This document shows positions 51,335 to 64,000 of a DNA stretch of 64,000 nucleotides, one piece after another; position 1 is the stretch's first letter; each line of letters starts with the position of its first letter. The notes beneath the pieces were generated by a model. That model searched no databases. It saw nothing but the letters and a program-made list of their open reading frames with translations, and was not told the DNA's origin. The DNA lies in assembly GCA_964016885.1 (NCBI GenBank), contig CAXHJY010001136.1:1-64000 (forward strand), written 5' to 3'. The position numbers were made by a program, and so were the translations under genes. This DNA is from Eledone cirrhosa (Eukaryota).

Positions 51335-51984
51335 TTCTTAATATAAACACTGTACATATTACGCCAATAACAAACAAATGTCAGTGTTAATACACAATTT
51401 TAACATTGAATATTCAATTTATTGGCTGACACAGAGCACGTGAGCAACTCGTATGGGGTGTTAACTACCAACTGAGAAGTTATTCTTCGTAAGGGAAGCA
51501 GGAGCTATCTTCATTTGATGACCAAGTTCAAATAACAAAAGTAACTTTTGCTTGGCTTGGCTTAGTAGCAAAAATAATGTTTGCTTTGCTTGATAATGAA
51601 ATTATCCGTATGAATTCCTTCATACTTCTTATATTACATAGTGATGTAAAAATGTTTTTTTCTCGAGGAAGGCGAGCCACTGTACTTAACTTATTAGCAG
51701 GAGTTGATATTTCGACATGATTTTACGTGTCGAATTTCGTTTCAGTTTGTAAATTGGTTGCAGGTTATAAGTCCAGCCAGTTTGAATTTCGAAATTAGTT
51801 TCTACTGGAATAAGCTTGAAGGCTTAAAGTTCAATGTTTTTGCATGGAGGCATGTCAAGAAGCTTTCATTCATTTTCAGTCACGTATATGGTTGTAAATA
51901 ACAGCCCTGGTACATACTTTTGAAACAATACTCCATTTTCTAGCTTTCTGTTTTTTTGTCTTTTAAAAGCCAAATATATTCTTC

Positions 51985-52200
51985 CAGTACCGGTCGCTCT
52001 CCGACAGGTTTGCGGTCGTTCCCTTGGCAGTGGAGACCTCTGGTGTCCTTGGCCCTAGGTCTACCTTCCTACTCACCACCATAGGCGCTGAGCTGGCCAG
52101 CCGCAGGTGTGAGCCTCGCGAGATGGAATGGCTTTTCCAACACGTCTCCCTTACGATAATCCGGGGAAGCGCCTTCTCCATTCTGTCCGCCGGGGCTGTG
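51985..52200 (+). mobile_element. CRE-clade retrotransposon extreme C-terminus (RLE)
   Basis: VPLAVETSGVLGP...IG...EPREMEWLFQHVSLTIIRGSA. Confidence 0.82.
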
Positions 52201-52694
52201 GGGAGGTCAGCACATGGGACCCCATTTGCTCAATATACAGAGAGATGGGGGATATGACGGTGGGAGTTCGGCTCTTCTGTGTTCGGACACATTGCACCTG
52301 TTATGTGGATCATGTGATACTTTCGGAAAGGTTTAAGCATCTTTATAGCAGCTGAGATCAGTTTGACAATCGCCACCGATGAATGCGAGAAAGTTATCTA
52401 GGAAAGTTAACCAGGGTTATTTTTAAATCTCCCCACCGTAGTTAACAAAGAACTTACTAGACCTTCTGAAAGTGATGATACATTGCACTTATTTCTGGAC
52501 CTAAACAACTAGTGTGTCTACAACAGCCCCGTTGGGGAATTATTTCTTGTTGGAAATTTATTGTTACATTTATTGTTTTTGTTGATTTCGAACTCCTTTT
52601 TACTTGATGAAACCCCACTTTGTGTTGTAATTCGTCCTTGTATTATCCCCAACGTCTTGGGCCCTTATGACCAATAAACTTCTTACTATTATTA

Positions 52695-52915
52695 TGGTAT
52701 GACAGACTCGGTAGAGCGTCGGATAACATGCGTTGCAACATGTAGTTACGTCCCTTTATGTTCTGAATTCAAATCCCGTCGAGGTTAGCTTTTCCTTTCA
52801 TCCTTATGGGGTCGATAAAATAAAGCACCAGTAACATACTAGGGTCGATTTAATCGATTTTGCCCTCCCCCAAAAATAGTTGGCCTTGTGCTTAAATAAA
52901 AATAAACCCATTATT
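52695..52915 (+). mobile_element. SINE family A
   Basis: GAATTCAAATCCC B box; CCTTTCATCCTTATGGGGTCGATAAAATAAAG. Confidence 0.85.
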
Positions 52916-53099
52916 ATGGGAGATGGAACTTTACTCTAGTGGACAGGGTGACCGTGGCTTTTGTGAGATTTCTCCATGAGTGACCCTTGGAGTCTCCTCA
53001 CCTTTGGGAAATTTGTTATGTTTGTTTTCTTAAATGAGTCCCCTTGGAAGATACCTCTTTTAATTTTTACTTCACCCAGAAAGACATTGCTTTAGTATA

Positions 53100-53445
53100 A
53101 CTTAGTTTCTCACTCTGGCATACTATTCAGCGGAAAATTTGTGATGTTATAACAATACCAAATATCCGCAGACATTCACCAATTCAAGAATGGGACACTA
53201 TATCATATGCCTTCTTAAAGTCAATCCAGGCCATAGATATGTTTGCATGATGTTTCTTACAATACCCCAGAACTATCTTATCAATAACCAGGTGATTCTT
53301 GATATCCTGGGACCTCTTCCTTTTTTGTTCCCTAGGTAGTATTCCTTCCTCTGACAAAATGTCTTCCCCACAAATATCTCAGTGAGAACCTTCCATATTA
53401 TGGATGCTATAGACATGCTATAGGGCGGTAGTTTCCCACAGTATT
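53100..53445 (-). mobile_element. Separate R4/Dong RT fragment
   Basis: VGNYRPIACL; NISMAWIDFKKAYDIVSH. Confidence 0.75.
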
Positions 53446-53459
53446 AAAAGAGCGTGGCA

Positions 53460-55510
53460 TAGCCAATGGCCAAAAGTTCTTTCAAAACACCCTTCTTAGA
53501 ATTCTTGCTGTTCCCAGCAAGGCTGTTTTCTGCAACAATCCTGTCCTGGTGGTAACTCTTTCTACGACAACAATATCAGGCTTTCCTGGGCTACAAAAAT
53601 AAGGGCCTCAGTTTCAACTTTTAAGTCACTTTTTCTAGTCCATTCCCAGTTCCCATCTTTGTCAACTGCCTCAGGCATTTCACATACGAATTGACCATAC
53701 ATTTCTTCCTTGCATCTATTCAATGTGTAATTCTGTCTGTCATGTTTAAATTCTCCCTTTTCCTTTGCTTCATCACTGTTTAGGACCTTTATCTTTCTTA
53801 CTCCTAACATCAATCGCTCCTTTGAATTCTTTACATACCATGCCAGATTATTTTCCTCTGACTTCACATACATTTCACAGTTAATGAGACCTCTTCCTTC
53901 TCTTTGTCGTGATAGATACAACCTGTCCACGTAAAGTTTGGAGTGTAGAGCCCCTAGTAGTGTCATCATTTTCCTGGTCTTTCTATCAAGCTCCTTAAAT
54001 TCATCACATCTCCACTCTATCATACCAGCGCTATACCTTAGCACTGCAACAGCCCATGTGTTGATATCCAGTATCATATTCCTACCACTTAACTTCGTCT
54101 TTAGCACCAACTTCAGTTCCGTTTATATTCCTTTGATAATAGTTCTTTCATTTCCTTCTCTTTCATTTGGTTTGTTTCCAGGATGCTTAAGTACTTATAC
54201 CCGTTGTCATCAATTTCCTTCCTAATTTGTCCATCTGGTAATACAATTCCTTCCATCTTATTAATTCTATCTCACTTCAGTAGTAGCACCCCACACTTTT
54301 TTTATGCCAAATTCCATTCCTATGTTAGTACTGAATGTATGAACTGGCTGTACAAGGGAATCAATATGTTCACAAGGTTTCCCATAAAATTTTAGGTCAT
54401 CCATGAACAGCAGGTGGTTCATCTTAAACTCGGGTCTTCTCCACTCGTAACCAGCCTTTGACCTTCTCAACACCAATGAAAGTGGAACCATACACAGTAC
54501 TAACAGCAAAGGTGAAAGACTGTCCCCCTGAAATATTCCTCTCTTGATCTGCACAACCCCCAATGTCTGTTTACATGATGTCAACTCAGTCTTCCAACCG
54601 TCCATACTGCTCACCAGAAACTGTCTAATGTTAGCTACAATACCAAACATTTTCAAACATTCTACTATCCAACTATGTGGCACCATGTCATAAACCTTGC
54701 AGTAATCGATCCAAGACATGGCAAGATTTGTGTGACCCCTTTTACGGGTGCTTTCTAATTTGGTATCTGTCTACACTGGATAGTTACCATAACATTCGTT
54801 ATTTCCAATTCTCCCTGTTGATTATTCTCAATGTCATTTTTTTATGTTAGCCAGCCACTCCACACTCTTATTGTCTGTTTCAAACCTAACTCTTTCGCAA
54901 TGTAGATATTTGCAGTGCTGATGAGATTGTTGGTTTCTGTGATGGTTCTAGTTGGCATCTTGTCAAGGATGTTGTTTACTTTGTTAGTTATTACTTTTAG
55001 CTGACATCGGTTTGATTTAAAAAAATATTTTGGGGATTACTGTCTCCTGATTTAGAAGACTCCAATACATTAGCAAACATCCGTCTGTCTTTTTCTTGTA
55101 TGACGTTTAGTTCCTCAATGTTAATGTCACCTCCTGCATCATCTCGTATATTCAGTTCCTCTTCTTCCTGTTGGATTCTATCATTTCCCATACTCTCATC
55201 TCTATTTGAATCTCCAACATCCTGAGCTTCTATATCCTCCACACCCTCCTGGCTTATCTTTTCCTTTATCATTTCAATCTCAATCTCAGCTAGCCATCAG
55301 TTTTTGCATATTGCCCTTGCCTGATCACAAATCCTCTGTTCAGTTAATTCAAAGAGCCCCATCTCTTGCCATACTCGTAAAATCCTTTGTCTATATCCTC
55401 TAATTGGCCCACCATTTTCATTTAGAGGCCTGCTTCTAAAATAACACTCCATAACAGGCTTGTTTACCTCCTTACTCCACTTCACTAGTAGCTCCTGCAC
55501 CATTCACGTC
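53460..55510 (-). mobile_element. Decayed, internally deleted R4/Dong LINE (second family)
   Basis: [10 protein letters not shown]...EQRICDQAR; WIDYCKVYDMVPHSW; GIFQGDSLSPLL; HLLFMDDLK; ETEALIFVAQE; LLQKTALLGTARILR. Confidence 0.9.
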
Positions 55511-55974
55511 TTCGTGTAAACAAATGTTTTAATTCATTTCATTCATTGAGGTTAGTGATTTTAAGGTTCCACTACGACCAGTGTTTTTTATTTATTTTTA
55601 TTTATTTTTTATTTATTTTCTTTTTAGACACCATCTCTAGAGAGCGACGTAAATGACGTTAAAGGGCCTCCCAAACCTTAAAATTGAAGTGAGCTATCCT
55701 GCACTGGTAACCAATCCAACATTTTGTACTCTGCTGCTGGAAATTTTACAAATGTTTGGAGGGCCGTTGACTTTTCCTTTGAGTTCCTCCACCCTTTGAC
55801 GGGTTTTGTTTTTCATCCCGAAGGGTGTCCAAACATCACCCTCCTCGCCAAGCAAGCTTGGTAGGTTGCCTGTTTAGTTGCTGACGACTCGACCGATTTA
55901 ATCGATTCCCCCCCCCCCCCCCCAATTACTGGCCTTGTGCCTATATAAGAAACCATTATTATCATTACCGCCAA

Positions 55975-56165
55975 GGGCCCTGAATTGGCAGTATCGGTAG
56001 AGGGTCGGACATGCTTTCCAGCATAGTTATGTCCCTTTACGATCTCAGTTCAAATCCCGCCGAGGTTAACTTTGCCTTTCATCCTTACGGGGTCGATAAA
56101 ATAACGTACCAGTAATGTACTGGGTAATTTCTGGCCTTGTGCCAAAAGTAGAAACAATTATTATT
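55975..56165 (+). mobile_element. SINE family A (a further tail fragment lies at 55895-55960)
   Basis: TTGGCAGTATCGGTAGAG; GTTCAAATCCCGCCGAGG; central block. Confidence 0.9.
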
Positions 56166-56409
56166 ACCACCACCAACACCATCACCACCACCACATTTAA
56201 GAACCTCCTTTGTTTTAATTTTATTGCTATCTTTTTTTTAATTGTTGAAACTGTTTACACGCAAAACCCACACACCAACACATACACACATACATACACA
56301 CACACTATGTTTTCGTCCTGTGCCGTCATAATGTTTTTCTTGATGTTGACCCTTGTGGTAAATAAAGAAATTATTATCATTATTATCATTATTATTATTA
56401 TTATTATTG

Positions 56410-56705
56410 AAAGATGGGCGAATGGGTCTGCTCTGAGTATGCGCCTGTAGATTGGCGGTGAAAAACTCTGAGAGGGCACTTGCCCTAATGGTCAGAGTCA
56501 CCGTGGCTTTTTGTGGGCTTTCTCCACGTGTGACCCTCTAAAGTCCTTTGTTTCATTTTTTTAATTACACCTTTTGTTTTTGTTTGATGTTTTTGTTTTT
56601 ACACGCAGAAATGTTCATTTGCACCGTCGTGTGCTGCCCTTAATGTTATGCTTTGTGTCAACCCTTGTCGTTAATAAAAAAAAAACATCATTATTATTAT
56701 TATCA
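56410..56705 (+). mobile_element. Probable Tx1-like LINE 3' end/UTR; related pieces at 56200-56400 and 52920-53000
   Basis: ANGSALSMRL* resembles the ORF2 end at 45062 (VNGPSLYVSL*); ACCGTGGCTTTT...TGACCCT shared; AATAAA then (TTA)n. Confidence 0.45.
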
Positions 56706-56993
56706 TTCAACACAGACAGACGGGACTTTTCAAAAATGACATTTGGTTGTTTGCTTACTGAATGTCACACATCGATTGACAGAATAATTATACACACACT
56801 AAGCACAAATATAGACACACACACATACACAGGCACACGCATACAAACATGCTAAAAGCGAAAAACAACAACGAATAGAAAAACATACGCATGAGTGCAG
56901 TGCAAGCACTCACTCACCTACGCTTTCTCTTCCTCTCCCCTTCTCCCCCCCCCCTCTCTCACACACACACACACGCATATATTCATTCAGTAA

Positions 56994-57095
56994 ATAATTG
57001 TTTCTACTTTTGGCACAAGGCCAGCAAATACCCAGTGTATTACTGGTACTTTATTTTATCGACCCCGTAAGGATGAAAGGCAAAGTTAACCTCGA
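56994..57095 (-). mobile_element. SINE family A, 5'-truncated
   Basis: Central block and tail only. Confidence 0.85.
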
Positions 57096-57278
57096 CTGGT
57101 AGAGTAAATAATGGAGGTGAGACAATAAATGGATAAATCTGTTTTCAAAACTCTGTCTAAAATGTAGAGTAAAATTTTAAAATCTTTAATATACTTTCAT
57201 AAAAATGTAGCTTTTATATGATGCAAATGTACACATTTGTGTAGATGATTTCTTTGTGGTGTATTGTTCGTATTGTTT

Positions 57279-57676
57279 CAGACCTGCCAACCTCTAAAAA
57301 CCCAAGTGGAGAGTACCATGAAAAAAAGTGACCCAAAACGGGGAGAAATAAGGCAAAATGGGGAGATTTTACATAATAAAAGCTATACCTATTTTCACAA
57401 GAGAAGACATCTCTCACCCACCCCAAAGTGAGAAGGAGATCTCCCCGTCGGACGGGGAGAGTTTACAGGTTTGAATACAACAAAAATTAATGCCTTCCCA
57501 ACAAAAAATTAAACCTACATTAAACACTTTAAAGGGAAAAACCATTCTACCCATCCCCCAATTAAAACCTTAGTTATATTAACATTACACCAACTAATCC
57601 ACAAGAGAGTCTTCTCTCACCCACCCCAAAGTGGATGGGAGATCTCCCCGTCCGACGGGAAGAGTTGACAGGTCTA
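57279..57676. mobile_element. hAT-like MITE with duplicated right end
   Basis: TIRs CAGACCTGCCAAC / GTTGACAGGTCTA; ~76-bp right end repeated at 57397-57473 and 57601-57676. Confidence 0.75.
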
Positions 57677-57739
57677 ATGTTGTTTGTGACTCGCGCACAA
57701 TATATCCTATAGCACCACGTCACCCTCTACTAATCACCC

Positions 57740-58975
57740 TTCCCTCACACACACCTTACACTGTTGTTACAGTTTCATGAGGCTTACCCCTCTCTGAAGC
57801 TGAGCGTTCACTTCTTGATAGAGACCTATGCTTCATATCTATCATATCTACCTTCAACGTTCCAAACGTATGCTGACATTGAACAGTTCACGCGTTGCAC
57901 GAAACTATGCACATATTTCCATGGTATACCATCGTATTATACGGACTGCTTCACGAGTTACGGCGGAAACCATTTCTGACGCACCAACAACACCCACACT
58001 GAGCTCTTCGTCGGTCTCTGCGGTGTCTTAATGACATTGTCCTTAAATCCACATCAATGTGGCACAATATTGATGTAGTGCGTTAACCTCTACAAGACTA
58101 AGGCACTCCGCTAGTGTCGCAACCTCCTCTTTTACTGCCTTTTATCTCTCTGCCTCCACCACCGAATTAGCAGAGTCATTAAGACGGCTGATAGAATGGT
58201 TTACAGAATTCGTCCCACCTCATTGCACGCTCTGAGTTCAAATCCTGCCAGGGTCAACTTTGCCTTTCAATCTTTCGAGGTCGATAAAAAAAAAGTACCA
58301 GTACAGTACTGGGTCGATTCTTCCTCTATAGAAAAAATCGGCTGTGTTCTGATCTGGAGAGGGTTGGGCTCCGCCACGTTTAAATGTGCCCTGGACACAC
58401 CGTATGACGGTGCTTCTACGACTCCACAAGAATTTATGGGATCTTTATCCTTTATCCTCCACCACTGCCACCAACTACCCGTGACCTCAACCATCTTCCT
58501 ACTCAACGCTTTTATCCTCTACCGTCACCAACTTTATTGCCCGCACACCTCGCATCAACACCATCTACCTTACAAGATACCCAAACCTAACAACCTGACC
58601 TTTCCAACGACTCCACCTTTAACTGTCTCACTGAACTTATTTCTAAATATCTTGACACTCTTCTTACGCCGTTGGTCGCCGACCTCCCCTGCCATAATCC
58701 CAATACAAACCACACTTTCCAAACTTTCGATTCTTTCTCCCTCTTTTCTGACCCTTCATGTCTTCTCGTAACCTTGGACATCACTTCTCTTTATAGTGAC
58801 ATCCTCCACAATGACGGTCTCCACAGTGGAACACTTTCTGGACATACACCTCATACTCCAGCCTAACATCTCATCTCGGCTTTGCCGAGTTCCTTCACGT
58901 TCTAAACTGTTTTCCTTTTCCAAGGAGTTCTATTAACAGGTCACTGAGGTAGCCATGGGAGCCAGAAACTGCTCG
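57740..58975 (+). mobile_element. Decayed Penelope-like (Neptune/Poseidon-type) RT fragment, interrupted by a SINE at ~58160-58320
   Basis: ADIEQFTRCTKLCTYF; KIPKPNN; TELISKYLDTLLTPLV; LLVTLDITSLYSDILHNDGL; VAMG. Confidence 0.85.
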
Positions 58976-59090
58976 TTGGCCAAATTGAGGGCCAAATGTC
59001 GAAAAGTGAACATTTCAGAATGAGGCTGGAATGTTGAAGAGTTATTAAAGGGGAGATAAGCATCAAGGAGGTATAAAGGATGCATGTTTG

Positions 59091-59143
<53 letters not shown>

Positions 59144-59411
59144 ACAATGCTGAGTGTGTACAATGCTGAGTGTGTATGAAGTTGGTGGTGCGTGTCAGAT
59201 TATGAATAGTTGGGGGTTATTGTTTATGTATTGTTTTCTATGGGCAGGCAAGTTGATCAGCGTAAGAAGTTGTCAGAAACTGACATGCTAGGTGCATGTG
59301 TAGGCGTAAATGTGTGTGTGTGTGTGTGTGTGTGTATACACATACACACACACACACACAGTAAGCTCAGTCAACATTATACACATACAAATGGAGGTGC
59401 TCCTCGTGTGG

Positions 59412-59447
<36 letters not shown>

Positions 59448-60230
59448 GTGGCACATGCATGCAAGTTACTACATGCAAGTCCCATGTTTGGAGTATGATC
59501 CGGAGAAACAATAAGGTAGAAGACCATAAAAGATAGGAGAAGGCATCACGTACGGCACTACAACAGTAGTACCACCAATCGCCGATCTCCGAAGGTTGAA
59601 GGTCAATGCGGAAGTCAAGAGAAATGTAACCAGGATAAGAAGGGGAGTCAAAATAAATGCTAGGAAGCTTTTTAATCCGACGCCAAGACTGTCACAGCAC
59701 TAAGCATCATACAAAACCAACCCAAACGCGGGCAGCATACGAACACTTACATACATACACACATAAGTGATTTATATAAACGTAATTAGTTTATGAATGC
59801 GTGGGATCCCTATAGTAATGTATATAGCAAACGCCCACAAGCTCAAGCATAATGTTCATATATACATGCATTACACGCATGTACATAATTTTTTATACAG
59901 CCCAACCTAATATACAGCCCAACCTAACAACAAAATACAACAAACCTAAACTAGCCAAAGCACACCACACCAAATATAATTACCCAGTTAGATTAAAAAA
60001 AGTCAAAATTAAATCCAACACACTATACTGGTATTAAGAGGACGAATGTCATTTGGCCTTAATTGCCCTCAATATCAGCTTTCTGTTGAATTGTGGTTAC
60101 AAGGTAAATTAGTGCCATAAACTCTGTAGTGCACTAAATACTCAATTCTATCAATAGAACCCCCACCCCACCTCATATCAGAAACCTTTCTACGGTGATC
60201 TTTGTATACACAGTAGCAGAGACATGGTGC

Positions 60231-60347
<117 letters not shown>

Positions 60348-60935
60348 GCGTGTATTTCTATGTGTAGAGTGAGCGAGAGAAAGATATATATATATGTAGA
60401 GAGAAATATCGATAGAGATAAATCGGTACGAGGGATAAATAGAGAGCAATATAAAACCTGAAAAGAACTAAATCGAAGGCGTCCCAGCCGTGAGATGGTA
60501 GGGTTTTTTTTAGGGGGGAGGGGCAAGAAGGCGTCCCAGCCGTGAAACAGTATTTTTTTTATTTTTGCTTTGTTTTTTACCAATATAATACCCAGTATTA
60601 GATATTATTGAAGGGAAATTTGACTGTTATTTCTAGCAGGTCCAATTATGGAGACTTTCTTGTTGCTTTGTGTGACATGTGTATGTGTGCATATGTGTGT
60701 GTCGTGTGTGTGTAATAGGTGCTGTGTTCTGTTTGTGGTGTTGTGTGATTTGTATGTATGTTGTTTATGTTTTCTTTTTATTTGTGTATGTTGGCTTTGT
60801 ATTGTTGTTGTTCATTAGTCCTAGTTAACCCTAATCGATCAGATATATGATAAAAGGTAATTCGGCCATAAATCATCCTATTATTTTAAAGGTACCTTTA
60901 TACAATGTATATTTCTATTATTTTAAAGACGGTAA

Positions 60936-61148
60936 GGACGGTGGATTGGCAGTATCGGTAGAGTCGGACACCATGCTTTGCAGCATAGAGTTACGGTCCT
61001 TTACGGTCTGAGTTCAAATCCCACCGAGGTTAACTTTGCCTTTCATCCTTACGGGGTAGATTAAATAAAGCACCAGTAACGTACTGGGTCGATTTAATCA
61101 ACTTTCCCCTCCCCCCAAATTACTGGCCTTGTGCCTATACTAGAAATC
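60936..61148 (+). mobile_element. SINE family A, full length with 19-bp TSD
   Basis: ATTATTTTAAAGACGGTAA at 60917-60935 and 61149-61167. Confidence 0.93.
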
Positions 61149-62109
61149 ATTATTTTAAAGACGGTAAAGTTTAATTCGAAAGACATTTAGCTGCTATCTC
61201 CAGCAAACTGAGAGACTATGCAAAGGTGTTATTATGTTTGTTTAGATCTCAAGTCAGCCTTAGTCAAAGTAGTTTCAATCACGATCAACCCGTCTTTTGC
61301 TTGTCTTGGACGACATTGTCCAATGTGTTTTTCCATTTTTAAGACGACATGATGTAATTTGACTACTGTTTCTAGATGATCAAGAAGTCATGTCAAGAAG
61401 TCCCATAGTGACAGATTTAACCCATCGTTTAGCTTAACACCACCACTTAGCCCATGAGTACTGTCATCGGAGTCCTCTCTTTTGCAAATATTCATTTCAA
61501 GTTTCCGGTCTGAAGACAACCTTTCCCTTTCTTTCCGTCAGATTTGGAGGCCCCGAAAAAGGCATTGGGTACTGCCTATCTTCCTCTAATCTAGCCATAG
61601 AAGATATCACCCATAAGAAAGACTAATCAGGGATAAATATATAAAATATTCTTGTTTTGGAATACATATATACGCTTTAACACAAGGAATATTAGAGGAA
61701 TATTGTCATCAAAACGTCCTCTAAATACAAACATAACAAGTCTGATATATTCATTTGGGACAGACAAAAAATATATTTAGCGTGAACCCTGCAGATGTGA
61801 ACAATAAATTCCAAAATCAGCTAAAAAGAGAATATTTACAGTAAATTGCTACAAAACTTACAGCATCTTTACCTGGTTTATAGATTCTAATTTATTGGTA
61901 CACATAGCTATGTTTAAATGTCTTAGTAGCAATCTTGAATAGAAAGTGATCAACGAAAATACAATCTGTAAGCGGAACAGGAATACGCGCAAAACATTTC
62001 TAAAGTTCAGCATTGTACCATGGTTGTTATCAAAAGTCTACAAATGGAATTTTGTTTCGTTGTTAGAAACTAATTCCTACGTTATAGGAAGGAAAATATA
62101 CGTACATGG

Positions 62110-62675
<566 letters not shown>

Positions 62676-63478
62676 ACTGCATTGATACATTTACGATATA
62701 TTATTAGAGTTAGTAGAAAGCCATGCTGAATATATTCTACTATACACACGCAAACATATGCCTCACCCCCACCCCCCCACCCCACCCACCCCTCCACAAA
62801 AAAGTATATATATATATATATACTCACACATATAGGCTAAAAAAACACCCATTCCTTTGAGCAGAGAGCAGCGATCCTACCTCCTTCTTCTGCCCATCAA
62901 GCAGCTGCAACTTTAACTGCACGGCTGCAACCAAAGCAACAGTGGTAGTAACAGCAGCAGTAGCAGAATCAGCAGCACTATCAACAATAGCAGCGACCGC
63001 AGCAGTACCAGCAATAGAAAGCACAGAGTTGACCGAAGCTACATCATAACCAGCAAAGCAGCCTGTAAACCAGTCAGCCAGTCAACCAGCCGATTAGCCA
63101 GCCAACCAGTCAGCATGCAAGAGACGCCACGCGGGCGGAATTAATAGATATACCAGTCAAGTCTCCCTAAAATTACATTCTATTGTCGTTAACATTTTAG
63201 AACACATTAGACAATATAATTGTAGATATATAGAAAGTCAGTTGCTTTCATGTCTGCTAAATCATGGATAGCCTAGGGCTAAACAACAGTAATAACAACC
63301 AGCCAAACTGAGAGAGCCGCTGTGCGCTCGCTCAAATTGCTAGAAGTAACAGCCAAATCTCTTTAAAATAACAGCCCCAGAATCTTTAAGAAAAGGAAGG
63401 TCATATAAAATAACGTAGTGCTAAATACAATACATCTGAGAAAAAATAGGGCTGATCAGAGCAGACCTGGGATTAAAA

Positions 63479-63530
<52 letters not shown>

Positions 63531-63555
63531 TTTCTGATGATGATGATGACGATGA

Positions 63556-63610
<55 letters not shown>

Positions 63611-63695
63611 GCTGCTGTTGCTGCTGCTACTGCTACTGCTGTTGTTGCTGCTATTTCTACTGTTGCTGCTGATGATGACAATGATGATGGTGATG
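63479..63695. repeat. (CTA)n/(GAT)n/(CTG)n trinucleotide repeats
   Basis: Seen directly. Confidence 0.95.
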
Positions 63696-64000
63696 CTTTT
63701 GTTGCTTCTTGGATCCAATGAAGAAAATTCTACGTAGTCGTGTGTCCTGGCTGAAAGGCCTTTAATCATAGATCTGCTCGATTAACATCTACAACATGCT
63801 GCTGTGTTGTGTTGAAATAAGAATCATGCAAGTGCCACCGGAGATTGCAGCCTCTTCGCTAATAGTAGTTGTCATAGGGGAAGATACAAATATTCTGGAA
63901 GTCTATAAAATGAAATGGGAAAACTGGAAGCAGATGGGGATGGAAATCCTTGTCCAAACCAGCCAGCAATGCGTGGAAGTAATTCCAGACATGATAGATC

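Noticed and set aside
55830-55860. CCTCCTCGC resembling the HDV ribozyme L3 loop
   Set aside because: No P3 or P1 partner was found and it is on the antisense strand of the element

Overview
Repeat-dense, AT-rich eukaryotic DNA. The SINE set resembles octopus (cephalopod) repeats, but this is an inference from recalled repeat sequences, not a database hit. I found no credible host protein-coding exon, rRNA, true tRNA or CRISPR array. Nearly all long ORFs in the track are translations of (TA)n, (CA)n or (TATG)n microsatellites. The real coding remnants are all transposon-derived: R4/Dong-clade, Tx1/L1, CRE, HERO, CR1-like and RTE-like LINEs, Penelope-like (PLE) RT remnants and Tigger/pogo transposases. 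There are also about 14 copies of one tRNA-derived SINE, hAT and Tc1 MITEs, and non-autonomous Helitrons. The most notable signal is a cluster of type I hammerhead ribozyme (HHR) motifs between about 6.5 and 28.4 kb. Seven loci look structurally complete and several more are decayed. They sit in small non-coding units embedded in (TA)n tracts, arranged either as fold-back palindromes or as 480-670 bp monomers with terminal direct repeats (retrozyme or solo PLE-pLTR-like). All folds and alignments were done by eye, so coordinates may be off by a few bases.
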